Below, in pieces: positions 20,599-29,032 of a stretch of DNA of 64,000 nt. Position 1 is the stretch's first letter. Each line of letters starts with the position of its first letter. The translations under genes and the position numbers were made by a program. The DNA lies in the NCBI GenBank assembly GCA_963629785.1, contig CAVGJZ010000008.1:6938-70937 (forward strand). The letters are read 5' to 3'. This DNA is from Oscillibacter sp. MSJ-31 (GTDB lineage Bacteria > Bacteroidota > Bacteroidia > Bacteroidales > Bacteroidaceae). The notes under the pieces are model-generated. The model saw nothing but the letters and a program-made list of their open reading frames with translations. It ran no database searches and was not told the origin of the DNA.

Positions 20599-20936
20599 GC
20601 ACTTGCTATATACCCTTTGTGCAACATTTGAAAAGTGTTCCAAATGTCGCATTTTACAGATGTGGAACTTGCTGAGATTTTAACCGAATTTCGCCGTTCT
20701 TTTATGATAAATACAAAATGTTGATAATCAACACAATAGATATATCTCAAAAACCGATACCCCAAAACCTCGGAGAAAACGATAGCTTTTCGGGGAGGAA
20801 ACGATAGCTTTGCCCGGAGGAAACGATAGCTTTGCTCCACGAAAAGCACTGCTCATTAAAATCAGACAAAAGAATAAAGTGTTCCAAATGTCTTATTTGT
20901 AAAACATTTTGCAAACATACTCCAAACGCCTATACC
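20599..20936 (-). repeat. Copy A of the TIR-bounded palindromic element, with the left terminus missing
   Basis: It aligns along its length with copies B and C. The right end CTCCAAACGCCTATACC is present. The left TIR is absent and homology starts at GCACTTGCTATATACC, 30 bp after the endonuclease stop. Confidence 0.75.
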
Positions 20937-21013
20937 AAAAAATTAATTGGTCCGATTTGAGAACGTCGGCATCCATCTTCGGATGACAGATTTTGAAATT
21001 AAAGAGCCATTTG

Positions 21014-22339
21014 TCACTCCACCCTTGACATTGTCGTACCGTCGGCGAAGCGCGTTTCAATCACATCGCCTTTCTTGAGGTCGGAAGCACGTCGTATGCT
21101 CTTGCCGTCTTTCAGTGTGATGCTGTAACCACGTTTAAGGAGGAGTTCGGGATCTTGCGCCGTGAGCCGCTGCGCCATCATCTGCAGGCGATGGTTCTCT
21201 GTCAGTATTTTGCGTTCCGCCGACGGGCGAAGGGTTTGCGCAAGACGGTCGAGTCTTGCGTCCGCCGACAGGATTGTTGTCCTGACGGCTGTCACGAGAG
21301 ATGCCGCAAGACGCTCCGTCCTTACCCTCTGCTTGGCGGTGACAAGAGAACACTGCGCAGGCACGGCAGACGACAGGCGGTCAATCTTCATCCGCTCCAG
21401 CTGCAGGCGACGCTTCACATTATTTATTATGGTGTCCTGCGCTTCCGTTATCCTGTCGAACACGGCAGAGAGGTGTTGCACGAGAAATGCCGCAGCGGCA
21501 GTGGGAGTCTTCACACGCAGATGCGACACCATATCGAGCACGCTCTCATCCCTGTCGTGCCCTATTCCTGTTATCACGGGCAAGGGAAAGTTCGCCACGT
21601 TCTCCGCCAGTGCCAAGGTGTCGAAACCCGACAAGTCGCTCGTGGCGCCGCCGCCGCGTATTATCACCACGCAGTCCCAGTTATCGCAATCGGCGTAGAT
21701 GCTGTCGAGGGCATCAATGACGCTCCGCTCCACCCCCTCACCCTGCATCGTGGCAGGAAACAGACCGGTACGGAACACCAGTCCACAGGAGTTGTCGGCA
21801 AGCTGGTTGCAGAAGTCGCCATAGCCAGCAGCCGATGCGCTTGACACCACAGCTATGCGCTGGCAGAACATCGGGAGCACGAGTTCTTTCTGCAGGTCGA
21901 ACACCCCCTGTTCCTTCAGCGCACGCACTATCTCCATACGCTTGCGCATCATGTCGCCCATGGTGTAGTTGGGGTCGATGTCATCGACAATCCACGAGAA
22001 CCCGTAGTTTTCGTGAAACTGCGCCCGCACCTTGAGCAACACCTTCATGCCGGCATGCAGTGCCTGCCCCGTAACGCGTTCAAAGCGCGGCTTTATATAC
22101 ATCCACCTGTTCCGCCAGCACGAGGCATGGGCCTTGGCGACAGGAGTGTTCGACTGCGGTTCTTTCTCGATCAGTTCCATGTAGCAGTGGCCGCCATACC
22201 CCTCACGAGCTTCCGACAATTCCGCCTCCACCCAGTAGAAGCCGGGCATGGCAGCGGAGATAACGCCGCGCACCAAGGAGTTGAGCTCGCGCAGCGACAG
22301 ATGCTGTTCGTGTCCTTCCATGTAGCCGTTGTCCGTCAT
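21014..22339 (-). CDS. xseA: Exodeoxyribonuclease VII large subunit
   Basis: XseA-like OB-fold N-terminus (LSLRELNSLVRGVI...FYWVEAELSE) and a catalytic/coiled-coil C-terminus. The start MTDNGY was chosen because it abuts the upstream stop. Confidence 0.88.
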   Translation of the reverse strand: MTDNGYMEGHEQHLSLRELNSLVRGVISAAMPGFYWVEAELSEAREGYGGHCYMELIEKEPQSNTPVAKAHASCWRNRWMYIKPRFERVTGQALHAGMKVLLKVRAQFHENYGFSWIVDDIDPNYTMGDMMRKRMEIVRALKEQGVFDLQKELVLPMFCQRIAVVSSASAAGYGDFCNQLADNSCGLVFRTGLFPATMQGEGVERSVIDALDSIYADCDNWDCVVIIRGGGATSDLSGFDTLALAENVANFPLPVITGIGHDRDESVLDMVSHLRVKTPTAAAAFLVQHLSAVFDRITEAQDTIINNVKRRLQLERMKIDRLSSAVPAQCSLVTAKQRVRTERLAASLVTAVRTTILSADARLDRLAQTLRPSAERKILTENHRLQMMAQRLTAQDPELLLKRGYSITLKDGKSIRRASDLKKGDVIETRFADGTTMSRVE

Positions 22340-22340
22340 A

Positions 22341-23783
22341 TTATTCCGTTCTATTATTGTGTACGCTGTCCTCGGGGAAGAGATTGTCAAAGTCAGGCAC
22401 GCCATACCCGTAAACATTGTCGGGGTGCATGGCGTTGTTGCCGGACTGCCTTACGGCGTTTACCATTTCGAGAGCCGTCTTCTCGGGATATTTCTGCCAG
22501 GCACACGCCACCATGCCGGCTATCAGCGGTGCGGCGAACGACGTGCCTACGGAAGAGCTCACCGTGCCGCGTTCCGTCACCACCGCCACAGGACTTCCCG
22601 GCGCCACCACGTCGGGCTTTACCCTGCCGTCGGCGGTCGGTCCGAGACTGCTGAACGCAGCGTTCCGCCTCTCTTTGGTTATCGCCCCGACGGCGAGGAT
22701 ATCGGTAGCGTCGGCAGGGAAGTTTATCTTCTTCCACGTCCCCATCCCGTCGTTGCCGCAACTGTTTACCAGCACGATGCCCTTTGACGCCAGCATTGAC
22801 GCCGTGCGCGAGATAAGGGCGGTTTTGCCGTCCTGCTGCCAATAGCGGTAGCTGTCGGTCGGTTCGTCGTAGTCGTGAAATCCCAGCGAACTGTTTATGA
22901 TATCCACCCCCACGCTGTCGGCATACTCCGCGGCAGCTGCCCACCAGTCCTCTTCCACGGGCTGTTCCGTCTGCTCGTCCTCGCAGCGCAAGAGCAGGTA
23001 GGAAGCATCCGGCGCAGCCCCCACATACACGCCCGGCACTTTCACCGCCATCACCGAGAGCACCTGTTCGCCGTGTTCCATCTCCTTGAAAATGCTTTTC
23101 GACCGAGGCACGACGAAATCATCGAACCCCACGAGGTTTATATCCCGCAGTGCCGGTATCATGTCGGCGTTGAGGAAACCCGCGTCGAGCACGGCTATCG
23201 TCATACCCCTGCCGTAATACCCCTGAGAGTGGAGCGTCTGCGCCCCGACCATACGCAGTTGCTCCTCGGCTGCGCCGTAGCGCGTCACGCCCGCAGTGTC
23301 GTGAAGCTCGAGCGTCTCGTGGTATTTGGGGCGAGGCCGCGCCGCCTTGACAGAATCGGGCGATGTCCACACAAGGCGCACCGTTCTGACAAACGGCAAT
23401 GCTGCCACATTTCCTACGAAACAACTGTCTGTAGTGCGCGCCACGACGGTGTTGTTCCATTTTGAACGGCTCACCACCTCGCAGCCCGCGCCCTCAATCT
23501 GCTTCTCGTAGCTACGGCTCACGGGCAGGTCAGTGGAGTCAGCGGTTATGTGCTGCCGCAGACGGCGTTGTATTGCCTTGGGCGACAGGAATTGCGCAAG
23601 ACTGTCCACACTGTATCCGCAACCGTTCTTGTCGGCGAGATACACGCGGTACATGTATGTCTTCTCGCCCTTTACCTTTATCATCGGCACTGACTCTTCC
23701 ACGCCGCCCCAACACACGGCGGCAAGATGCAGTGCGACAGCGAGCATGACGGCCGGGATGACTTTTCCAAGGGTTGTTTTCAT
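22341..23783 (-). CDS. S8 family serine peptidase (subtilisin-like), secreted
   Basis: Catalytic triad contexts IAVLDAGF, HGEQVLSVMA and GTSFAAPLIAGM, plus a signal peptide. Confidence 0.9.
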   Translation of the reverse strand: MKTTLGKVIPAVMLAVALHLAAVCWGGVEESVPMIKVKGEKTYMYRVYLADKNGCGYSVDSLAQFLSPKAIQRRLRQHITADSTDLPVSRSYEKQIEGAGCEVVSRSKWNNTVVARTTDSCFVGNVAALPFVRTVRLVWTSPDSVKAARPRPKYHETLELHDTAGVTRYGAAEEQLRMVGAQTLHSQGYYGRGMTIAVLDAGFLNADMIPALRDINLVGFDDFVVPRSKSIFKEMEHGEQVLSVMAVKVPGVYVGAAPDASYLLLRCEDEQTEQPVEEDWWAAAAEYADSVGVDIINSSLGFHDYDEPTDSYRYWQQDGKTALISRTASMLASKGIVLVNSCGNDGMGTWKKINFPADATDILAVGAITKERRNAAFSSLGPTADGRVKPDVVAPGSPVAVVTERGTVSSSVGTSFAAPLIAGMVACAWQKYPEKTALEMVNAVRQSGNNAMHPDNVYGYGVPDFDNLFPEDSVHNNRTE

Positions 23784-24262
23784 TCTCTCTCGTAGTCAAC
23801 AAAAGAATAGCGGCAACTATGTTTCTCGTCGGCCTGGCGGTCGTCGCGCGCCACCTCCCTCCATCCGCTGAACTCAGGGAAGAAAGCGTCCGCCCCTTCG
23901 GGAGTGTCGTCGATCTCGGTGAGGCAGAGCCGCTGCGCAAGCGGCAGCAACTGGCGGTAGATGCTCTCTCCGCCTATTACATACACGTCTTCGTCTGCCC
24001 CACAACTGCCGAGGGCTTCCTCCACCGAGGCATAGCAGTCGCATCCGGGGATTTCTTTCACCGTGCGGCTCACCACCACGTTGCGCCTGTTGGGCAATGC
24101 CCCCTTGGGCAGCGAGTCGTAGGTTCGCCTGCCCATGAGGATGGTATGTCCGGTGGTAAGTGCCTTGAAGCGTTTCAGATCGTTTGGCAACCAGTACACG
24201 AGTTTGTTGTCCTTGCCGATAGCCCCGTTGCGTGCCACGGCAGCGATTATGTTTATTGTCAT
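23780..24262 (-). CDS. folA: Dihydrofolate reductase
   Basis: IIAAVARNGAIGKDNKLVYWLPNDLKRFKALTTGHTILMGRRTY. The 4-nt overlap with the downstream gene start suggests coupling. Confidence 0.92.
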   Translation of the reverse strand: MTINIIAAVARNGAIGKDNKLVYWLPNDLKRFKALTTGHTILMGRRTYDSLPKGALPNRRNVVVSRTVKEIPGCDCYASVEEALGSCGADEDVYVIGGESIYRQLLPLAQRLCLTEIDDTPEGADAFFPEFSGWREVARDDRQADEKHSCRYSFVDYERE

Positions 24263-24301
24263 CGTATCTTTCTTGTTTCCTGTATTCTTATTGTCAACTT
24301 T

Positions 24302-25096
24302 TCACACGCTCACCTTTCCCGGTATGTGCGGCCACGGGTCATAACCTTCGAGTTGGAAGTCCTCGTACTTGAAATCGAAGATGTCCTTCACGTCGGGGTT
24401 GAGCCTCATCACGGGCAACCTCCGCGGCTCCCGCGTGAGCTGCAGCTTCACCTGGTCCAGGTGGTTCAGGTAGATATGCGTGTCGCCGGTGGTGTGGATA
24501 AACTCGCCCGGCTGCAGTCCGCACACCTGCGCCGCCATCTGCAGGAGCAGGGCATACGACGCGATGTTGAACGGCACTCCGAGGAACGTGTCGGCACTGC
24601 GCTGGTACAGCTGCAGCGAGAGTTTGCCGTCAGCCACATAAAACTGGAACAGGCAGTGGCACGGTGGGAGGTGCATCTGCGGTATGTCAGCCACGTTCCA
24701 TGCGCTGACAATCATGCGCCGCGAGTCGGGCGTATGCCTTATCTGGTCTATCACGCTTTTAATCTGGTCGATGTGCCCTCCGCCGGGAGCGGGCCAGGAG
24801 CGCCACTGATGACCGTAGACGGGACCCAGTTCGCCGTCTTCGTCAGCCCATTCGTTCCATATCCTCACTCCGTGTTCCTGAAGGTATTTCACGTTGGTGT
24901 CGCCGCGGAGAAACCACAACAGTTCGTAGATAATGGATTTCAGGTGCAGTTTCTTTGTGGTGAGCAGCGGGAACCCCTGACTCATGTCGAAGCGCATCTG
25001 GTTTCCGAATATGCTCACCGTGCCTGTTCCCGTGCGGTCGTGCTTCACTGTCCCCTCGTCGAGGATGCGTTGAAGCAGGTCTAAGTATTGTTTCAT
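24302..25096 (-). CDS. thyA: Thymidylate synthase
   Basis: 264 aa with DRTGTGT, LPPCH and the typical ThyA C-terminus. Confidence 0.95.
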   Translation of the reverse strand: MKQYLDLLQRILDEGTVKHDRTGTGTVSIFGNQMRFDMSQGFPLLTTKKLHLKSIIYELLWFLRGDTNVKYLQEHGVRIWNEWADEDGELGPVYGHQWRSWPAPGGGHIDQIKSVIDQIRHTPDSRRMIVSAWNVADIPQMHLPPCHCLFQFYVADGKLSLQLYQRSADTFLGVPFNIASYALLLQMAAQVCGLQPGEFIHTTGDTHIYLNHLDQVKLQLTREPRRLPVMRLNPDVKDIFDFKYEDFQLEGYDPWPHIPGKVSV

Positions 25097-25172
25097 TTTC
25101 GATATTCTGTGTATTTATCTTTTCAGGGTGTGTCTATAAAAAAAACGCACCCTTTTTTTTATTCTCCCGATA

Positions 25173-26525
25173 TTATTTCGCCGCGCGTATTCTCCATTCC
25201 TGCGGAAAGAGGTTGTTGGCGCGGCTGCCAAGATTTTTCACGAAACCAAGCGGCAGTGTCTTGTACGCCACCGCCACATATCCGCGCGGCGTGCCGGGCG
25301 GCATCGCCAATGGTTCGCAGCGAAGATAGTCCAATGCCGTGGGCAGGTCGAGTTCCACCAAGGGAAATGCGTTCCTGTTCATGCAGATTGAGAGGGCGAG
25401 CCCTTCTGCCGGAACAATATCCTTCCCCTTGGGTTCGCCGAGTTCCACTCCAGCGTGCATCAGTCTGAGCTTCTGCTCCGCCGTGTCGAACACGTCGCGC
25501 CACGCCTTTTTCACCGCCACTATATGTCCGCCGAGTCTGCAGATGTCGAAGTCGCCGTCGCCGGCAATCCAGCGGCTCACCTGCGCAGCCCCCTCCACAG
25601 TCTGCCGGTTGCCTGCCCTGCCCTTCTTTGCCTTGCGGTCCTTTTTCTTTTCCGCTCCCCTTGCCATGATGTTTGCGCCGTCGCCGGGTTTGCGCAGCGC
25701 AGCCATGTAGAGGCCTTCCGACCGCGTGTCGCCGGGGATGAAATGCCGCTGGTGAAGGAGTTCCATGTCGTGTTCCTCCACGATATATTCCACGTTCTCC
25801 TCATCCTCAAGGGCATTGAAGGTGCAGGTGGAATAGACGAGCAGTCCGCCGGGACGCAGACAGGGCAGTATGTCGGCTATAATCCCGCGCTGCAGTGCCG
25901 CACATTTCCTCACGTTTGCCGCGGACCATTCCTTCACTGCCCCTTCGTCCTTGCGGAACATCCCCTCTCCGGAACAAGGCACGTCGGCCACTATCACGTC
26001 GAAGGTGATGCCGCTCCGCTGGTAGTCGATTGCATAGTTGTTGGTCACCAGCACGTCGGGATGCCCAAACTTGAGGATGTTCTCCACAAGGATGTTTGCG
26101 CGCTGTCGCACCGGTTCGTTGGCCATCAGCACACTGCCTTCGGGCAGCATGCCCCTCACCGCCGTGGTCTTTCCGCCCGGTGCGGCACAGAGGTCGAGTG
26201 TGCGCAGCGGCGACGACAGGTCGGCATAGCGGCGCAGCATTTCTGCCACATACATCGAGGCTGCTTCCTGCACGTAGTATGCTCCGGCATGGAGCAGCGG
26301 GTCGAGGGTGAACTGCGGACGGCTCTTGAGATACCGTCCGTCGGCGCACCATTCCACCTCCGTGTCCTCTGCGGCAGGGAGTGTCATCACATCGCCGCGG
26401 AACTTGAAGGGGTTGAGGCGCACACTCACCGGCGGTTCCTCCTCCATGCCTGCCAGGAATTTCCGCCAAAGGCTCTCGCCGAAGAGCCTGCTGGTATATG
26501 AAACGAATTCTTCGGGTAGTGTCAT
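25173..26525 (-). CDS. NOL1/NOP2/Sun-family RNA cytosine-C5 methyltransferase (RsmF-like)
   Basis: DLCAAPGGKT, DVPCSGEGMFRK and YSTCTF. The internal start MTLPEEF was chosen because the upstream ORF extension is not protein-like. Confidence 0.85.
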   Translation of the reverse strand: MTLPEEFVSYTSRLFGESLWRKFLAGMEEEPPVSVRLNPFKFRGDVMTLPAAEDTEVEWCADGRYLKSRPQFTLDPLLHAGAYYVQEAASMYVAEMLRRYADLSSPLRTLDLCAAPGGKTTAVRGMLPEGSVLMANEPVRQRANILVENILKFGHPDVLVTNNYAIDYQRSGITFDVIVADVPCSGEGMFRKDEGAVKEWSAANVRKCAALQRGIIADILPCLRPGGLLVYSTCTFNALEDEENVEYIVEEHDMELLHQRHFIPGDTRSEGLYMAALRKPGDGANIMARGAEKKKDRKAKKGRAGNRQTVEGAAQVSRWIAGDGDFDICRLGGHIVAVKKAWRDVFDTAEQKLRLMHAGVELGEPKGKDIVPAEGLALSICMNRNAFPLVELDLPTALDYLRCEPLAMPPGTPRGYVAVAYKTLPLGFVKNLGSRANNLFPQEWRIRAAK

Positions 26526-26750
26526 ATTCTCTTTTCTATGGGAAGGCAAAATTACGGTTTTAATTTCATATAGGCAACACCGCCGCCAAACAGTTCCGCT
26601 TTTACAGCTTCGTGCCGGGCTATGCCGCCATGCCGAGACTTGAACTCTCGTTGATTTGGTATTCCGAACGCCTATTGGCCCTTGCCATAAATAGTAAGTC
26701 CGCAACTGCTTTTTCAATTCTTATCCTTCCTCTGTGGGGCTGCCCCCTTG

Positions 26751-27077
26751 TCAAAGGGCGGCAGCCACTCTCCTTACTTGCGCCAGACGCTCCATAAACG
26801 AAACATCCTTCTTTGTTGTCTGGATATTGTAGCGCATTTGCATCCTGAGCAATGGTTCTGCATTAACTCCCAAAGCAGCTTCAAACAGAAGAGCCGTTTT
26901 CTCTGTAACAGGGCGACGCGCATTCAAAATTTCATTCAATGCAGAATAGGCGATTCCCATATCCCCAGCCAGCTTACGCTGAGAAATCCCTCTGTATTCT
27001 ATTTCATCTTTCAAAATTAAACCCGGGTGAGTTGGGAAAGCCGAAGCCATATCGTTTGCTGTTGTTTTCTTGTCCAT
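26751..27077 (-). CDS. higA: HigA-family antitoxin (XRE-type HTH)
   Basis: HPGLILKDEIEYRGISQRKLAGDMGIAYSALNEILNARRPVT. It lies directly downstream of the higB-like gene. Confidence 0.85.
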   Translation of the reverse strand: MDKKTTANDMASAFPTHPGLILKDEIEYRGISQRKLAGDMGIAYSALNEILNARRPVTEKTALLFEAALGVNAEPLLRMQMRYNIQTTKKDVSFMERLAQVRRVAAAL

Positions 27078-27083
27078 ATTTGA

Positions 27084-27398
27084 TTATTTATAATGATTTG
27101 ACAAATCTGTAATATTACATATCGTGGCTATGGTTTGACCATTTTCGAATTCCTCCTCAAATTCTATCCGATATTGGTCGTTTACCCTTATTGAAGACAA
27201 ACCCGATTTGCCACCTTCCAAACGTTCATAATTCAGAGAGTTATATTTCCACAACCCTTGTACATTATCCTCGGCTATCATAAGATCTATGATGCGGATA
27301 TATTTCCTTACTATTTGGGGCTGAAAGCGATGCTTCTTATCAGACTTTCCGTGACAGTAAAGATCTTGCAGGTAATCCTCGTTAAATTTTACTTCCAT
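27084..27398 (-). CDS. higB: HigB-like (RelE/ParE superfamily) toxin
   Basis: The 104-aa product MEVKFNEDYL...SSIRVNDQYRIEFEEE...DLSNHYK uses only the 3' 315 nt of the long 27084-28754 track ORF. Confidence 0.8.
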   Translation of the reverse strand: MEVKFNEDYLQDLYCHGKSDKKHRFQPQIVRKYIRIIDLMIAEDNVQGLWKYNSLNYERLEGGKSGLSSIRVNDQYRIEFEEEFENGQTIATICNITDLSNHYK

Positions 27399-27522
27399 AT
27401 ATTCCGCCTTATAAATGCAAAGGTAAAACATAAATCTTACGTTCACAAATTTAGTGAACATATTTAGTATCATTTCACCTGTGTTCCAGCTAACCGTCAA
27501 AGCCCAAGGGACGCTTTGCCGA

Positions 27523-27610
27523 CCGTGCATCGTACGATAAGAGATTGCACATCGTACGATAAGAGACCGTGCATCGTACGATAAGAGGTCGTGCATCGTA
27601 CGATGTACAG
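27523..27610. repeat. Four head-to-tail 22-bp repeats, each carrying the perfect palindrome ATCGTACGAT
   Basis: Units begin at 27523, 27545, 27567 and 27589 (CCGTGC-ATCGTACGAT-AAGAGA and variants). Palindrome centres are spaced exactly 22 bp apart. Confidence 0.9.
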
Positions 27611-27750
27611 TCGGAGAAGCTACGCTTTGAAGCCGGGGAAACGGCTTTTGAAGCAAGAGCCGTGCCCGGAACACTGTTTTTGGAAGGCGGAAAGGGCGTG
27701 TTACGATTATTTTATATAACTTTGCCGACATTATTATATATACAACATAA

Positions 27751-29022
27751 ATGAAAGAATTTGTAATATCGGAGGTGAAAGCCGAAACCGCCATCCTCGT
27801 GGGCCTGATTACCAAAGACCAGGACGAGGCCAAGACAAAGGAATATCTCGACGAACTGGAGTTCCTTGCCGACACGGCAGGAGCGGTGACGGTGAAGAGG
27901 TTCACGCAGAAAGTGGCGGGCCCCAGCCAGACGACATACGTGGGAAAGGGAAAGTTGGAGGAAATAAAGCAGTTTATCATCGACGAGGAGGACGCCGAGC
28001 GCGAAATAGGAATGGTGATATTCGACGACGAACTCTCCGCCAAGCAGATACGCAACATAGAAAACGAACTGAAAGTAAAAATCCTCGACCGCACGTCGCT
28101 CATCCTCGACATATTCGCCATGCGCGCACAAACCGCCAACGCCAAGACACAGGTGGAGCTGGCACAGTACAGATACATGCTGCCGCGACTGCAGAGACTA
28201 TGGACACACCTTGAGCGACAGGGAGGAGGCTCCGGCTCGGGAGGCGGCAAGGGAAGCGTGGGACTGCGCGGACCGGGAGAGACACAGCTCGAGATGGACC
28301 GAAGGATTATCCTGCAGCGCATGTCGCTGCTCAAGCAGAGGCTGGCAGAAATAGACAAGCAGAAGACCACACAGCGCAAAAACCGCGGAAGACTCATCCG
28401 GGTAGCTCTCGTGGGATACACCAACGTGGGGAAATCTACACTGATGAACCTCATGTCGAAAAGCGAGGTGTTCGCCGAGAACAAGCTCTTCGCCACTCTC
28501 GACACAACGGTGAGAAAGGTGGTGGTGGAGAACCTGCCGTTCCTGCTCGCCGACACCGTGGGGTTCATACGCAAGTTGCCCACCGACCTCGTGGACTCCT
28601 TCAAGAGCACCCTCGACGAGGTGCGCGAAGCCGACCTGCTGCTGCACGTCGTGGACATCAGCCACCCGGATTTCGAGGAACAGATAAAGGTGGTGGACAA
28701 GACGCTCGCCGACCTTGGATGCGCCGACAAGCCGTCGATGATAATCTTCAACAAAATCGACGCCTACTCGTGGGTGGAGAAGGATGCCGACGACCTCACG
28801 CCCAAGACAAAGGAAAACGTGACGCTCGACGAACTGAAAAAGACATGGATGGCAAAGATGGGCGACGACTGCCTGTTCATCTCTGCAAGGGAAAAGATTA
28901 ACATAACGGAGATGAGGGACGTGATATACAAGCGCGTGAGGGAACTCCACGTACAGAAATATCCCTACAACGACTTCCTCTACCAGGACTACGAGGAATA
29001 CACCGACTCCCAAACCGAATAA
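27751..29022 (+). CDS. hflX: GTPase HflX
   Basis: HflX N-domain followed by G1 GYTNVGKSTLMN, DTVGF and NKID. Confidence 0.92.
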   Translation: MKEFVISEVKAETAILVGLITKDQDEAKTKEYLDELEFLADTAGAVTVKRFTQKVAGPSQTTYVGKGKLEEIKQFIIDEEDAEREIGMVIFDDELSAKQIRNIENELKVKILDRTSLILDIFAMRAQTANAKTQVELAQYRYMLPRLQRLWTHLERQGGGSGSGGGKGSVGLRGPGETQLEMDRRIILQRMSLLKQRLAEIDKQKTTQRKNRGRLIRVALVGYTNVGKSTLMNLMSKSEVFAENKLFATLDTTVRKVVVENLPFLLADTVGFIRKLPTDLVDSFKSTLDEVREADLLLHVVDISHPDFEEQIKVVDKTLADLGCADKPSMIIFNKIDAYSWVEKDADDLTPKTKENVTLDELKKTWMAKMGDDCLFISAREKINITEMRDVIYKRVRELHVQKYPYNDFLYQDYEEYTDSQTE

Positions 29023-29032
29023 AGCCACAGCT

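Noticed and set aside
25126-25160. GGGTG...CACCC hairpin with A8 and T8 runs between the rsmF-like and thyA genes, considered as an intrinsic terminator
   Set aside because: On the transcribed (minus) strand the stem is followed by UGAAA rather than a U-tract, and the loop is about 20 nt. The canonical orientation is on the plus strand, where no gene ends.
27523-27610. Possible CRISPR array (also considered for 41727-41830)
   Set aside because: The repeats are contiguous with no spacers, number only 3-4 units of 22 bp, and have no cas genes nearby.
27084-28754. 556-aa ORF on the minus strand in the six-frame track
   Set aside because: Only the last 104 codons (27084-27398, from MEVKF) look like a real protein (HigB-like). 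The remainder is antisense to hflX, is low-complexity and Ser/Arg/Cys-rich, and also crosses the non-coding tandem-repeat region.
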